Assembly (NCBI GenBank): GCA_035258345.1
Contig: DATEVU010000180.1
Span: 1,912-65,911, forward strand
DNA from: Bacteroidales bacterium
GTDB lineage: Bacteria > Bacteroidota > Bacteroidia > Bacteroidales > UBA10428
DNA length: 64,000 bases
Reading direction: 5' to 3'
A program made the position numbers and the translations under genes. Positions 37,925 to 47,792 of the stretch are shown piece by piece. The notes under the pieces are model-generated. The model worked only from the letters and a program-made list of their open reading frames with translations. It made no database searches and was not told where the DNA came from. Each line of letters begins with the position of its first letter. Positions within the stretch are counted from its first letter, which is position 1.

Positions 37925-40693
37925 ATGCCGGATCAACCCAACATACCGCGACTATTCCTTTTTGATGCATACGCGTTAATTTTCAGAGCATATTACGCCT
38001 TTATTAACCGTCCCATGGTAAATACAAAGGGACAGAACACCTCGGCAATTTATGGGTTCACAACTTCCCTTTTCGATGTGATGAAAAAGGAAAAACCTGA
38101 TTATGCAGGGGTTGTGTTCGATCCGCCTTCGCCAACCTTCAGAAATGAGCTTTATAGTGAATACAAGGCAAACAGGATGGTAACACCGGAGGACATCCGG
38201 AAAGCAGTTCCATACATTAAGAAAATTATTGAGGCTAGCAATATTCCTGTTTTTGAAGTTATTGGCTTTGAAGCCGATGATGTCATCGGAACGCTCGCTA
38301 AAAAGGCTGAAAAAGAAGGGCTTAAAACCTTTATGGTTACTCCGGATAAGGACTATTCCCAGCTGGTGTCAGAAAATATTTTCATGTATAAACCTTCCAG
38401 GAGCGGAAGCGATTACGAGATCGTGGGTGTTCCCGAAGTATCAGTATGGTTCGGGGTTGAAAATCCCGGACAGGTAATTGATATCCTGGCACTTTGGGGT
38501 GATTCTTCGGATAATATACCGGGAGCTCCGGGAATTGGTGAAAAAACCGCCAAGGAGCTCATATCGAAATACAAATCCCTGGATAACCTGCTCAACAACC
38601 TGAACGAACTTAAGGGTAAACAGCAGGAAAATATCCGGGACAATGTTCAGCAGATTCAGTTATCACAGCAGTTGGCACGTATTTGCACTACTGTACCCGT
38701 TGACCTTGACCTGGAACAACTAAAGACAGGCAAGCGAAACGATCAGCAGTTACGGCAAATATTCAATGAATTGGAATTCAAAGGTCTTATAACCAGAGTT
38801 TTAGGTAATAACACCAGTGAACCTGTTCAGGGTTCCCTGTTTGAAAGTCCTACAGAACCTGCAACCAATTCAGCGGGTACTTATAAAACCATCCATTCCA
38901 CACCCCATCTATATAAAGTAATTGATGAGGAAGTGCAACTGAAAGAACTGGCTGTAAAATTGATGGGTAAAAATGAGTTTTGTTTTGATACGGAAACCAC
39001 CGGACTGGATACCCGGGTGGCGGAAATTGTGGGACTGGCTGTTACCTGGAAACCACACGAAGCATATTATGTTACGTTCCCGGCAGATCAGCATCGGACG
39101 GCTCAGCTACTAAAGATAATGCAGCCGGTTTTTGAAAACAAAGCAATAAAAAAGATTGGCCAAAATCTGAAATACGATATTCAGATCCTGATGAATTACG
39201 GTATTTCCGTTGAAGGTGAACTGTTTGATACCATGATCGCACATTACCTGATTCAACCTGACCTGCGGCACAATATGGATTATCTGGCGGAAATTTACCT
39301 TGATTATAAAACGGTTCACCTTGAGGAACTTATTGGTAAAAAAGGCAGTGTGATGAAAGGTATGCGTGAGGTAGACCTTGACGTGGTTAAGGAATATGCA
39401 GGAGAAGATGCCGATATTACACTGCAGCTTTCAGTAATTCTGGCAAAAGAGCTTGAAAAATACGGACTCGAAGGCCTGGCAGAAAAAATAGAAATGCCCC
39501 TGGTCAGGGTCCTGGCCGAAATGGAATATGCAGGATTTAAAATCAGTGTAGAGGGACTTAACAATTATGCGGAATTATTGAAAAAGGAAATACTGGTAAC
39601 CGAATCAGAAATTTTCAGCTTGGCCGGGGATAGATTTAACATCAATTCACCCAGGCAATTGGGAGAGGTTCTGTTTGAAAAAATGAAAATTGCGGACGGA
39701 ACCCAAAAGACGAAGACCAAACAATATTCAACCGGTGAAGAAGTTCTCAGCAAACTCACCGATAAGCATCCGATCGTAAACAAAATTCTTGATTACAGGG
39801 CCCTGCAAAAGCTGCTCAACACATATGTCGAGGCATTACCGGGTTTGATTGACAAAAAAACGGACAAAATTCATACATCATTTGAGCAAGCCTGGGTAAG
39901 CACTGGACGGCTCAGTTCAAAAAATCCAAACCTGCAGAATATACCCATCCGCGATGAACGCGGAAAGGAAATAAGGAAGGCATTTATTCCCAGGGATAAT
40001 GACCATGTTCTGCTTTCAGCCGACTATTCGCAGATTGAGCTGAGGCTGATCGCACATCTGAGCAATGATGCCAATATGATTGAGGCTTTTATCCAAAATG
40101 AGGATATCCATAAAGCCACAGCGGCAAAGATTTATAAGGTTGCTGAGAATGAAGTAACACCCAACATGAGAGCCAGGGCAAAAACAGCGAATTTTGGGAT
40201 TATCTACGGCATTTCATCCTTTGGATTATCACAACGGTTAAATATTTCCCGAACCGAGGCTGCAGAACTGATAAAAGGGTATTTTGACAGTTACAGGCAG
40301 GTTAAGGAATATATGGACAACGCGGTGCTGCAGGCTAAAGAAAAAGGGTATGTTGAAACCATCATGGGGCGGAGACGCTATTTGCCCGATATTCATTCTG
40401 CTAATGCAATTGTCAGGGGCGTTGCGGAACGGAATGCCATTAACGCTCCCATCCAGGGTTCGGCCGCTGATATTATAAAACTGGCCATGGTAAATATTCA
40501 GAACAAACTGAGGAATAGCCTGAAAAGCGTGATGATTTTACAGGTTCATGATGAGCTTATTTTTGATGTCAGTTTACCGGAACTTGACCGGATAAAGGAA
40601 ATCGTTAAATATGAAATGGAACATGCCATTAACCTGAAGGTACCCTTGCTGGTAGATATGGGAACAGGCAGTAACTGGCTCGAGGCGCATTGA
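37925..40693 (+). CDS. polA: DNA polymerase I
   Basis: 5' nuclease domain (LFLFDAYALIFRAYYA, GDSSDNIPGAPGIGEKTA). 3'-5' exonuclease domain (FCFDTETTGLD). Polymerase motifs LLSADYSQIELR, RARAKTANFGIIYG and LQVHDEL. Confidence 0.95.
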   Translation: MPDQPNIPRLFLFDAYALIFRAYYAFINRPMVNTKGQNTSAIYGFTTSLFDVMKKEKPDYAGVVFDPPSPTFRNELYSEYKANRMVTPEDIRKAVPYIKKIIEASNIPVFEVIGFEADDVIGTLAKKAEKEGLKTFMVTPDKDYSQLVSENIFMYKPSRSGSDYEIVGVPEVSVWFGVENPGQVIDILALWGDSSDNIPGAPGIGEKTAKELISKYKSLDNLLNNLNELKGKQQENIRDNVQQIQLSQQLARICTTVPVDLDLEQLKTGKRNDQQLRQIFNELEFKGLITRVLGNNTSEPVQGSLFESPTEPATNSAGTYKTIHSTPHLYKVIDEEVQLKELAVKLMGKNEFCFDTETTGLDTRVAEIVGLAVTWKPHEAYYVTFPADQHRTAQLLKIMQPVFENKAIKKIGQNLKYDIQILMNYGISVEGELFDTMIAHYLIQPDLRHNMDYLAEIYLDYKTVHLEELIGKKGSVMKGMREVDLDVVKEYAGEDADITLQLSVILAKELEKYGLEGLAEKIEMPLVRVLAEMEYAGFKISVEGLNNYAELLKKEILVTESEIFSLAGDRFNINSPRQLGEVLFEKMKIADGTQKTKTKQYSTGEEVLSKLTDKHPIVNKILDYRALQKLLNTYVEALPGLIDKKTDKIHTSFEQAWVSTGRLSSKNPNLQNIPIRDERGKEIRKAFIPRDNDHVLLSADYSQIELRLIAHLSNDANMIEAFIQNEDIHKATAAKIYKVAENEVTPNMRARAKTANFGIIYGISSFGLSQRLNISRTEAAELIKGYFDSYRQVKEYMDNAVLQAKEKGYVETIMGRRRYLPDIHSANAIVRGVAERNAINAPIQGSAADIIKLAMVNIQNKLRNSLKSVMILQVHDELIFDVSLPELDRIKEIVKYEMEHAINLKVPLLVDMGTGSNWLEAH

Positions 40694-40724
40694 CAATCAA
40701 ATATCCCGCAACGTAAAGATATCT

Positions 40725-41438
40725 TCAGCTTTCCTGGATTTTCCGGATCTCTTCGATATATCTGTTCCGGATACCCTGCAACCGTTTTAAGTCGGGATTC
40801 CGCGTGTAGACGCGGACAAAATCGATCACCTGTTTCAATAGAACAAATCCAAGTGCCGCATCAAAATTGCTGTTATCCAGGTTATTCTTAACCGTTTCAG
40901 TCACTTTCCTGAACATGTTCCAGGTTATGTGATAAGGGATCTCCGTATAGAACGTCATTTCATCATCCAGATCCTTAAAAATATGATCTTCCATACACAG
41001 GAGAGAAAAGACCTTGTCAATCCTGATCAACCCGGATGCATTGATTTTCCGTTTTTTCATAAAGGCAATACCCTGGTCGATGAAACACCCTTGAATTTCA
41101 GCTATATGGGAGTAATCACCCAGTCCTCTTATCCTGATACAGGGGAAATGTTTATTGTATATAAAAACATCTGCCGGGCAGGAATCAAAATTGAGCCTGT
41201 GATTATTACACATGCATTGTGAGATCCGGAAAATATTTTCAGCGTGATAGTACTTTGTTGTAACCAGGTATATTGAATCGGGTTTTGTATCAAAGGGCAT
41301 GTTATCACCATGGTATCCGGGGAAAGGCACCTGGCTTTCAAGGACAAGGGTGTTTTGGAAAATGTTATGATCAACGGTCTGCAGTGCCTCTTCTTTCAGG
41401 ATGGCCCCCATGGTTTCTATATTGTCCTGACTTTTCAT
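40725..41438 (-). CDS. hypothetical protein, no family recognised
   Basis: 237-aa ORF with an ATG start, 42 nt downstream of the hybrid kinase stop on the same strand. It has no signal peptide or TM helix, 6 Cys and several His. Coding is judged only from length and context. Confidence 0.55.
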   Translation of the reverse strand: MKSQDNIETMGAILKEEALQTVDHNIFQNTLVLESQVPFPGYHGDNMPFDTKPDSIYLVTTKYYHAENIFRISQCMCNNHRLNFDSCPADVFIYNKHFPCIRIRGLGDYSHIAEIQGCFIDQGIAFMKKRKINASGLIRIDKVFSLLCMEDHIFKDLDDEMTFYTEIPYHITWNMFRKVTETVKNNLDNSNFDAALGFVLLKQVIDFVRVYTRNPDLKRLQGIRNRYIEEIRKIQES

Positions 41439-41480
41439 ATCGGTAGGTGTTGTTACCCAAAGATACGTCGATTCGGAAAA

Positions 41481-44306
41481 TCAGGCAAACCATTTCAGCA
41501 GAATATTCCGGATGGAATCTATTTTAACCGGTTTAACGATATAGTCATTCATCCCCGATGACAGCGCCTTTGACTTGCTCTTGGTATTGGCTGTGGCCGT
41601 CATGGCAACTACCGGCATCTGGTATCCTAATCCCCGGATTTCAACGGTTGTCTGTATACCATCGCGTTCAGGCATTACAAGGTCCATAAAAACGATATCG
41701 TAATAATGGCTTTTTACTTTATCAATTGTTTCGTTTCCATTCCTGGCGATATCAATCTTGATTCCCAGGTTGGAAAATATGGTTTGGGCAACGCGGATGT
41801 TAATTTCGTTATCTTCGGCAACCAGGACCGAAAGGTTGGATTTTAATTTTCTTACTACCTCGGTGGTAGATACTTCCATATGCGGGAAGGCTTCGTAAAG
41901 GCATCGGAACAGATCGGTCCTTTCAAAGGGTTCAACAATATAATAGTCAATTCCAATCCGTTTTGTAAGTATATAATTGTCGGCTTTGTGATTCGAACTG
42001 ATCATAACCATCAGGAATAGATCCGACAATTTATCCTCGTGCAGTTTTTTGGCAAGTTGTATGCCATTCATGGAGGATTCGTCGAGCATAAAAATAACCT
42101 GTTGTGATTGCGCGTTTTCGGTAAGCTTCTGCTTCAGCTCCTGAAACCTGCCGGCCTCATATTCGAATACTTCAGCATTTATCTTTTCCTGTTCGAATAA
42201 CCGCAGCAACCGCTGTTTAGTAGGTGAATTTACGGATAAAACCAGGGCATTGATTTGCGTGAGCCGGGTAATTTTATCTGTATTTATGGTCTTTACCAGT
42301 CTCTCATTGGAGTATACCTCAATGGTGAAACTGAATTTGGACCCGGGATAATTGGGCTTGCGTGAAATAGGGGAGGGACTTTCAGCCCAGATTTCTCCGT
42401 GCATAAGGTTGACAAGCTGTTTCGAAATGGTAGTGCCCAATCCCGATCCTCCGTATTTCCTGGAGGTAGATTCATCAGCCTGTGTAAAGGAGTTGAAAAT
42501 ACTTTCAATTTTGCTCCGTGGAATACCCACTCCTGTGTCCTCAACATAAAATAGCAGGGTAAGGTTATTATTGTATTCCTCTTCCAGCTCAATACCAACC
42601 GCAATCTCCCCTTCATGGGTGAATTTCACCGCATTGCTGATGAGGTTCGAAAGTACCTGCCTGAGACGGAACGAATCACCGATAATATTTTCCGGTACTT
42701 CGGGTTTTACTTTCAGATTAAGCTCAAGCCCTTTTTCTTCAATAATTGGCCTGAACAGATCAATAGCGAGCTTAACCTCTTCCCTAAGCTTGAAGGGGAT
42801 CTCCTCCAGCTGCATTTTGCCTGCCTCTATTTTCGAAAAATCAAGGATATCATCGATAAGATTTAAAAGGAGATCGGCTGACCGCTTGACTATCTGAAGG
42901 TAATCACGCTGGTCATCTGTAAGGTTTTCCTGACTCAGGGCTTCGGTCATTCCGATTATACCATTCATGGGAGTCCTGATCTCGTGGCTCATTTTGGCAA
43001 GAAATTCCGATTTTGCCGTGTTGGCAGCCGCTTCATATTTTCTGGCCTTCTCTATGGGCGTAACATCAACAAATGCACTCAGTACATAATCTTGATTTTC
43101 CATGGAAAACGGCAAATCCTTTTTATATACTGCTACTTCCTCTCCTTCATGCCGGTAAAGAACAAACTGATTGGAATCAAAAGCGGATTCCGAACTGGAA
43201 TGATCATAATAATCCCGGGAAAGCATAAACCTGTCAGTCAAGTTTTTGCCAATAACCATTTCATCATTTTTTAACCACAGCATATCCCGGGCTGTCTGGT
43301 TAACCAGCCGGGTATGCTGGTGCTGGTCCAGCACCATGATGCCCACAGGCAGGTTATCAAAAATTGCCTGGAATGTGGAATAATCAATACCGGTTTTTTC
43401 CTTGAGAGACATACTTTTGCCGATCCTGCCAACAAGCAGCACGAGAAACAACAACAGCAGTGCGGTACTTGCCACGGTGGAAATAATTAACTTTCCGATT
43501 ATCAAATCGAAAAGATAGCTTTTATGCACCGAATAAACCGTCACAAACCGGTCACCCAGCATGGTAAAAGGCGCAAAGGCCGAATAAAGAAATACTCTCT
43601 TCCCGCCAGCATAGGCCGGGTGTTTTACAAAGTCATTAAATTCATCCTTTAATCCCGCATCCAGTGCCGACAGATCCTTATGGGTAAGGGAGACAACCGA
43701 GTTACTGAAAACTGCCTTCCCCTGTTCATCCGCTATCCATTGCCAGAAGTCGGTGTTGTGATGGGCATTTCTGAAAACCGAACTGAAAAAGCTTTCGGGG
43801 TCAATTGTAAACACCAGGTTGGCATAAAGATCGTCATTGTTGAATACGGGGAAGGAATAAAGATACTGATCATCGGATTTGGTTACCGACTGCCTGTCCT
43901 GAAGCTGATTCAGATGCTGTGTTATATATGGATCGATCAGAAGTTCGTTTTTCTTGTTGTAAGAGAGGTTCAACACATTTTTGTCACTGTCATAAATATA
44001 TATGTTGCTGATGAGGTTGTTATAATTTGCAAAAAGCAGTTCCAGGTTCAGTAATCCTTCCTGTTTGCTGTCATCACTGCTGATATTAAGGTTTAACAGC
44101 GAATTGGAAAACAGTATTGCATTTACTTCATTTTCAAATTTCATCAGGATGTTTTCAATTACATCCGAACCTGCAATGGCCTGACCTGACAAAAAACTCC
44201 GCAGATACGTAATTTGATTCCGGTATATAGACAAATTCAGGAAAACATTCAATAAAATCACTGCTGCGGTCAGACCGATTAATAAATACCTGTATTTCTT
44301 CATCAT
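41481..44306 (-). CDS. hybrid sensor histidine kinase / response regulator with a periplasmic sensor domain
   Basis: Two TM helices flank a ~250-aa extracytoplasmic region. Then a PAS domain, H-box MSHEIRTPMNGIIGM, ATPase boxes NLISNAVKFT, VEDTGVGI and GGSGLGTTIS, a degenerate receiver-like spacer, and a receiver VLVAEDNEINIRV...DIVFMDLVMPERDG...IVKP. Confidence 0.85.
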   Translation of the reverse strand: MMKKYRYLLIGLTAAVILLNVFLNLSIYRNQITYLRSFLSGQAIAGSDVIENILMKFENEVNAILFSNSLLNLNISSDDSKQEGLLNLELLFANYNNLISNIYIYDSDKNVLNLSYNKKNELLIDPYITQHLNQLQDRQSVTKSDDQYLYSFPVFNNDDLYANLVFTIDPESFFSSVFRNAHHNTDFWQWIADEQGKAVFSNSVVSLTHKDLSALDAGLKDEFNDFVKHPAYAGGKRVFLYSAFAPFTMLGDRFVTVYSVHKSYLFDLIIGKLIISTVASTALLLLFLVLLVGRIGKSMSLKEKTGIDYSTFQAIFDNLPVGIMVLDQHQHTRLVNQTARDMLWLKNDEMVIGKNLTDRFMLSRDYYDHSSSESAFDSNQFVLYRHEGEEVAVYKKDLPFSMENQDYVLSAFVDVTPIEKARKYEAAANTAKSEFLAKMSHEIRTPMNGIIGMTEALSQENLTDDQRDYLQIVKRSADLLLNLIDDILDFSKIEAGKMQLEEIPFKLREEVKLAIDLFRPIIEEKGLELNLKVKPEVPENIIGDSFRLRQVLSNLISNAVKFTHEGEIAVGIELEEEYNNNLTLLFYVEDTGVGIPRSKIESIFNSFTQADESTSRKYGGSGLGTTISKQLVNLMHGEIWAESPSPISRKPNYPGSKFSFTIEVYSNERLVKTINTDKITRLTQINALVLSVNSPTKQRLLRLFEQEKINAEVFEYEAGRFQELKQKLTENAQSQQVIFMLDESSMNGIQLAKKLHEDKLSDLFLMVMISSNHKADNYILTKRIGIDYYIVEPFERTDLFRCLYEAFPHMEVSTTEVVRKLKSNLSVLVAEDNEINIRVAQTIFSNLGIKIDIARNGNETIDKVKSHYYDIVFMDLVMPERDGIQTTVEIRGLGYQMPVVAMTATANTKSKSKALSSGMNDYIVKPVKIDSIRNILLKWFA

Positions 44307-44330
44307 TTATCTCATTCGTATACAATTGTA

Positions 44331-45257
44331 CTAAATATTCCTGTATTTGGTTGCGTTATCACCTACAATCTTGAGATAACTGCGATACCTTGAAGGATGA
44401 AGGATACCGGTATTGAAGGCTTCAACCACTGCACATCCGGGCTCATGGATATGGGTGCAGTTATAAAACCGGCAGTTCTTTGAAAGCTTAAATATGTCGG
44501 TAAAGTACAGCCCTGTCTCATTCTTATCAATATCAATTACCCCGAAGCTTTTGATACCGGGGGTGTCAATTAAAAACCCTCCCGACGGAAGTTCAATCAT
44601 TTCAGGATATGTTGTGGTATGTTTTCCCGTAAGATGACGCGATGAAATAGTCCCGGTTTTCAGCTTTATTTCCGGGTAAAGTCGGTTAATCAGACTGCTT
44701 TTGCCAACACCTGAATTTCCGGCAATCAGGTTTATCCTGCCTTTCAACAGGTCCGCCAGCATGCTTGTGCTGGCATCCTGCAAAACCGACATCGCAAAAA
44801 CCTGATAACCTGCAAATTCGTATATCTTCCTCACCTCATCCAGCCATAGCAGTTTTTGATGATCATACAGATCAGTTTTGTTTATCAACAGGATACATTT
44901 GATATGATAGGCTTCTGCTGAAATCAGAAAACGGTCAACAAATTCAAGGGGTGTCTCGGGAAAATCAAGTGTAATCATCAGAAAAACCCGGTCGATATTA
45001 ACGGCCAGTATGTGCGATTCATGGGAAAGATTGGTGGCCCTGCGTATAATATAATTTTTTCTCGGGTGAATGTTGACAATGGTTCCCGTATTGTCCGGTT
45101 CCTCCTCAACATCAACCTGATCGCCTACGGCAACAGGATTGGTATTCCTGATTTCACGAATCCTGAAATTGCCTTTTAACCTGCAATTGATGATTGTATT
45201 TCCAGCCCTGACCGTATGCCAGCTGCCAGTGGTTTTTACTACAATTCCTTTTATCAA
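44331..45257 (-). CDS. rsgA: ribosome small-subunit-dependent GTPase A
   Basis: LINKTDL, GNSGVGKSSLINRL, and a zinc knuckle CRFYNCTHIHEPGCAV. TTG start. Confidence 0.9.
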   Translation of the reverse strand: MIKGIVVKTTGSWHTVRAGNTIINCRLKGNFRIREIRNTNPVAVGDQVDVEEEPDNTGTIVNIHPRKNYIIRRATNLSHESHILAVNIDRVFLMITLDFPETPLEFVDRFLISAEAYHIKCILLINKTDLYDHQKLLWLDEVRKIYEFAGYQVFAMSVLQDASTSMLADLLKGRINLIAGNSGVGKSSLINRLYPEIKLKTGTISSRHLTGKHTTTYPEMIELPSGGFLIDTPGIKSFGVIDIDKNETGLYFTDIFKLSKNCRFYNCTHIHEPGCAVVEAFNTGILHPSRYRSYLKIVGDNATKYRNI

Positions 45258-45339
45258 AGTAATGTTGAAAATTGTATTTTTGTTCGTGCTAAAATACTAA
45301 GAGATTTGTACTTTTAATGAAGTTGACCCATACAAATAT

Positions 45340-45717
45340 ATGAAAACAATCCGACAGCATTATTTTATCAACGCTACCGACGAAGAAGTATTTGCGGCAC
45401 TTACCAATCCGTTTACCATTGAGCTGTGGAGCGGATATCCCGCTCAGATGGAGGCCAGGGAAGGTACCGGGTTTTCGATATTTGACGGCGATATTGCCGG
45501 CAGAAATATTAAAATAACTGAAAACCGGCAACTGGTCCAGGAATGGTACTTTGGCGACAGCCCCGACGAATCCATTGTAACCATTAATCTGAAACCTCAT
45601 AGACAGGGGACAAAAGTAAGTGTTGAACACACCAATGTGCCGGATGAGGATGCTGAAGAACTGGAAGAAGGTTGGAACAAGTATTATTGGGGTGCAATTA
45701 TATCATTTTTCAAATAA
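45340..45717 (+). CDS. SRPBCC/AHSA1-like domain protein
   Basis: ATDEEVFAALTNPFTIELWSGYPAQME...LVQEWYFGD...VSVEHTNVPDEDAEELEEGWNKYYWGAI. Confidence 0.7.
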   Translation: MKTIRQHYFINATDEEVFAALTNPFTIELWSGYPAQMEAREGTGFSIFDGDIAGRNIKITENRQLVQEWYFGDSPDESIVTINLKPHRQGTKVSVEHTNVPDEDAEELEEGWNKYYWGAIISFFK

Positions 45718-45771
45718 TTAATTAATAAATCGTTACGAGAATTAATTGAACTGTTACATTAAAATCTATTC

Positions 45772-47019
45772 ATGGGTTTAAGGCGAGAAGAAATTGACCT
45801 GATGGCTCCGGCAGGGTCATTCGAATCCCTTTTGGCAGCTATTCAGGGAGGTGCTGATTCGGTATATTTCGGAATAGGGAAGTTGAACATGCGGGCACGT
45901 TCTTCTTTTAATTTTACCGCTGCCGATCTTAAAAAGATCATGCGCATTTGCCGGAAGTATGGAAAAAAGGCTTATCTAACCCTGAACGTCGTTTTTTATA
46001 ACGAGGAACTGGAGGAGATGAAAAGAACCATTGACCTTGCCGGGCAGCACGGGGTACAGGCCGTAATTGCTTCTGACCAGGCTGCCATCCATTATGCCCA
46101 CCAGCAGGGAATGGAAGTGCATCTCTCCACGCAGGTGAACATCAGCAACTGGGAATCACTTCAATTTTATGCCGCTTTCGCCGATGTTGCCGTTCTGGCC
46201 AGGGAACTGAGCCTTGATCAGGTTGCATCGCTTACCAGACAGATTGAAAAGGATCAGATCAGGGGACCATCCGGACAATTGATGCGCGTTGAATTATTCG
46301 CTCACGGAGCCCTTTGTATGTCAATTTCCGGCAAATGCTATCTGAGCCTGCATCATTATAACCATTCGGCCAACCGGGGCGAATGCCTTCAGGACTGCCG
46401 GAAAAGCTATACGGTTAAGGAAAAGGAAACAGGATTTGAACTTGACATTGACAATGAGTTTATCATGTCACCCAAAGACCTTTGTACCATTCATTTCGTC
46501 AATAAGATCCTGGACGCCGGCGTACGGGTGATGAAAATCGAAGGCAGGGCCAGATCTCCGGAATATGTAAAGGTTGTTACCGGGTGCTATGATCAGGCAA
46601 TCAGGAGTTGTCTTGACGGATCCTATGATGCTGAAAAAATAGAGAAATGGAAGATGCGTCTTTCATCGGTTTTCAACAGGGGATTCTGGGATGGGTATTA
46701 TCTGGGTCAGAAGCTGGGCGAATGGAATGATGTATACGGCTCCAAGGCTTTACTGCGTAAGGTTTATATTGCAAAAAACCTGAATTATTTCAGGCAGATC
46801 GGTGTTGCTGAATTCCTGTGTGAGTCCGATTCACTGCAGGTTGGAGATATGATACTGATCATGGGACCATCCACAGGGGTTATAGAACATGTGGTGGATG
46901 AAATTCGTGTGGATCTTGACAGGGTGGAGAAAGCCCACCCCGGCCAGCGGTTTTCAATTTCAGTTCCTGAAAAAGTCAGAAGAGCTGACAAACTATATAA
47001 ACTAATAAAAAACCCATGA
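45772..47019 (+). CDS. peptidase U32 family protein
   Basis: EIDLMAPAGSFESLLAAIQGGADSVYFGIGKLNMRA...HGALCMSISGKCYLS...MKIEGRARSPEYV. Confidence 0.85.
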   Translation: MGLRREEIDLMAPAGSFESLLAAIQGGADSVYFGIGKLNMRARSSFNFTAADLKKIMRICRKYGKKAYLTLNVVFYNEELEEMKRTIDLAGQHGVQAVIASDQAAIHYAHQQGMEVHLSTQVNISNWESLQFYAAFADVAVLARELSLDQVASLTRQIEKDQIRGPSGQLMRVELFAHGALCMSISGKCYLSLHHYNHSANRGECLQDCRKSYTVKEKETGFELDIDNEFIMSPKDLCTIHFVNKILDAGVRVMKIEGRARSPEYVKVVTGCYDQAIRSCLDGSYDAEKIEKWKMRLSSVFNRGFWDGYYLGQKLGEWNDVYGSKALLRKVYIAKNLNYFRQIGVAEFLCESDSLQVGDMILIMGPSTGVIEHVVDEIRVDLDRVEKAHPGQRFSISVPEKVRRADKLYKLIKNP

Positions 47020-47792
47020 TCATGAAAATCCCCACCGTTTTTTCACGGCCTTCAACCTGGTTTATCACGATGCTTTTCCTGTTGGTTATGGTGCAATGCA
47101 AAAGCAAGGGAGATCATTTAACAGCTATCAATACCGCTTTCACGGAAAAAATTGTTGCCTTCACGGCAGGAGTAATCTCATCGGAATCACCCATCCAGAT
47201 TGTTCTGGCGGAAGATTATAACGTTGTAGTTACACAGCTTACATTATCCCTGGGCAAATCAGCCGGAACAGGACATATTAAACTTAGTAACAAAGGGAAG
47301 GGAATGCTTTTCACCCGGGTTATTATGGAAGGTATTCCGGAGGCCGGAAATGAAAAAGATTTCAATAACAACCTGGGCATGCATTTCGAGTATCTTACCC
47401 CTGAAGGCAGGACCATGGACATTTCACGGCTCACCCAGGGAACTGATTTTGTTGCCGTGGTCACCCTAAGCAATCCGGGGGATTTTGATTACAGGGACAT
47501 GGCGCTTGCACAGGTATTCCCTCCGGGTTGGGAGATCAATAACACGCGGATGAGTGATGCGGAAATACCCGCGAACAGTGCGGCTTATTCTTACCAGGAT
47601 ATCCGCGATGACCGGATCTATACTTATTTCGACCTGTTGCAGGGTGAACGAAAGACTTTTATTGTTCAGCTGAATGCTGCTTACCTGGGCAGGTTTTACC
47701 TGTCGGGTACCTAATCCCAGGCCATGTACGACAACAGCATCGGTGCTGTGATAAAAGGAAAATGGGTTGAAATAGCAGCCCCGGGAAACTGA
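47016..47792 (+). pseudogene. relic of a bacterial alpha-2-macroglobulin gene (N-terminal ~70 codons fused in frame to the C-terminal ~160 codons, then an in-frame TAA)
   Basis: The lipoprotein-type leader plus AFTEKIVAFTAGVISSESPIQIVLAED is a typical A2M start. It joins directly to the typical A2M end: GMLFTRVIMEGIPEAGNEKDFNNNLGMHFEYL...LTQGTDFVAVVTLSNPG...MALAQVFPPGWEINNTRM...YQDIRDDRIYTYFDL...LGRFYLSGT. After TAA 47712-14 the same frame continues SQAMYDNSIGAVIKGKWVEI up to TGA 47790-92. Confidence 0.7.

Noticed and set aside
31854-47714. Two in-frame TAA codons (31854 and 47712) as evidence for stop-codon reassignment or programmed read-through
   Set aside because: Many clearly complete genes in the window end in TAA, for example the ORFs ending at 598, 2553, 3533 and 23097. 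A reassigned TAA is therefore untenable. Nonsense mutation in decaying genes, or a sequencing error, is the simpler explanation.
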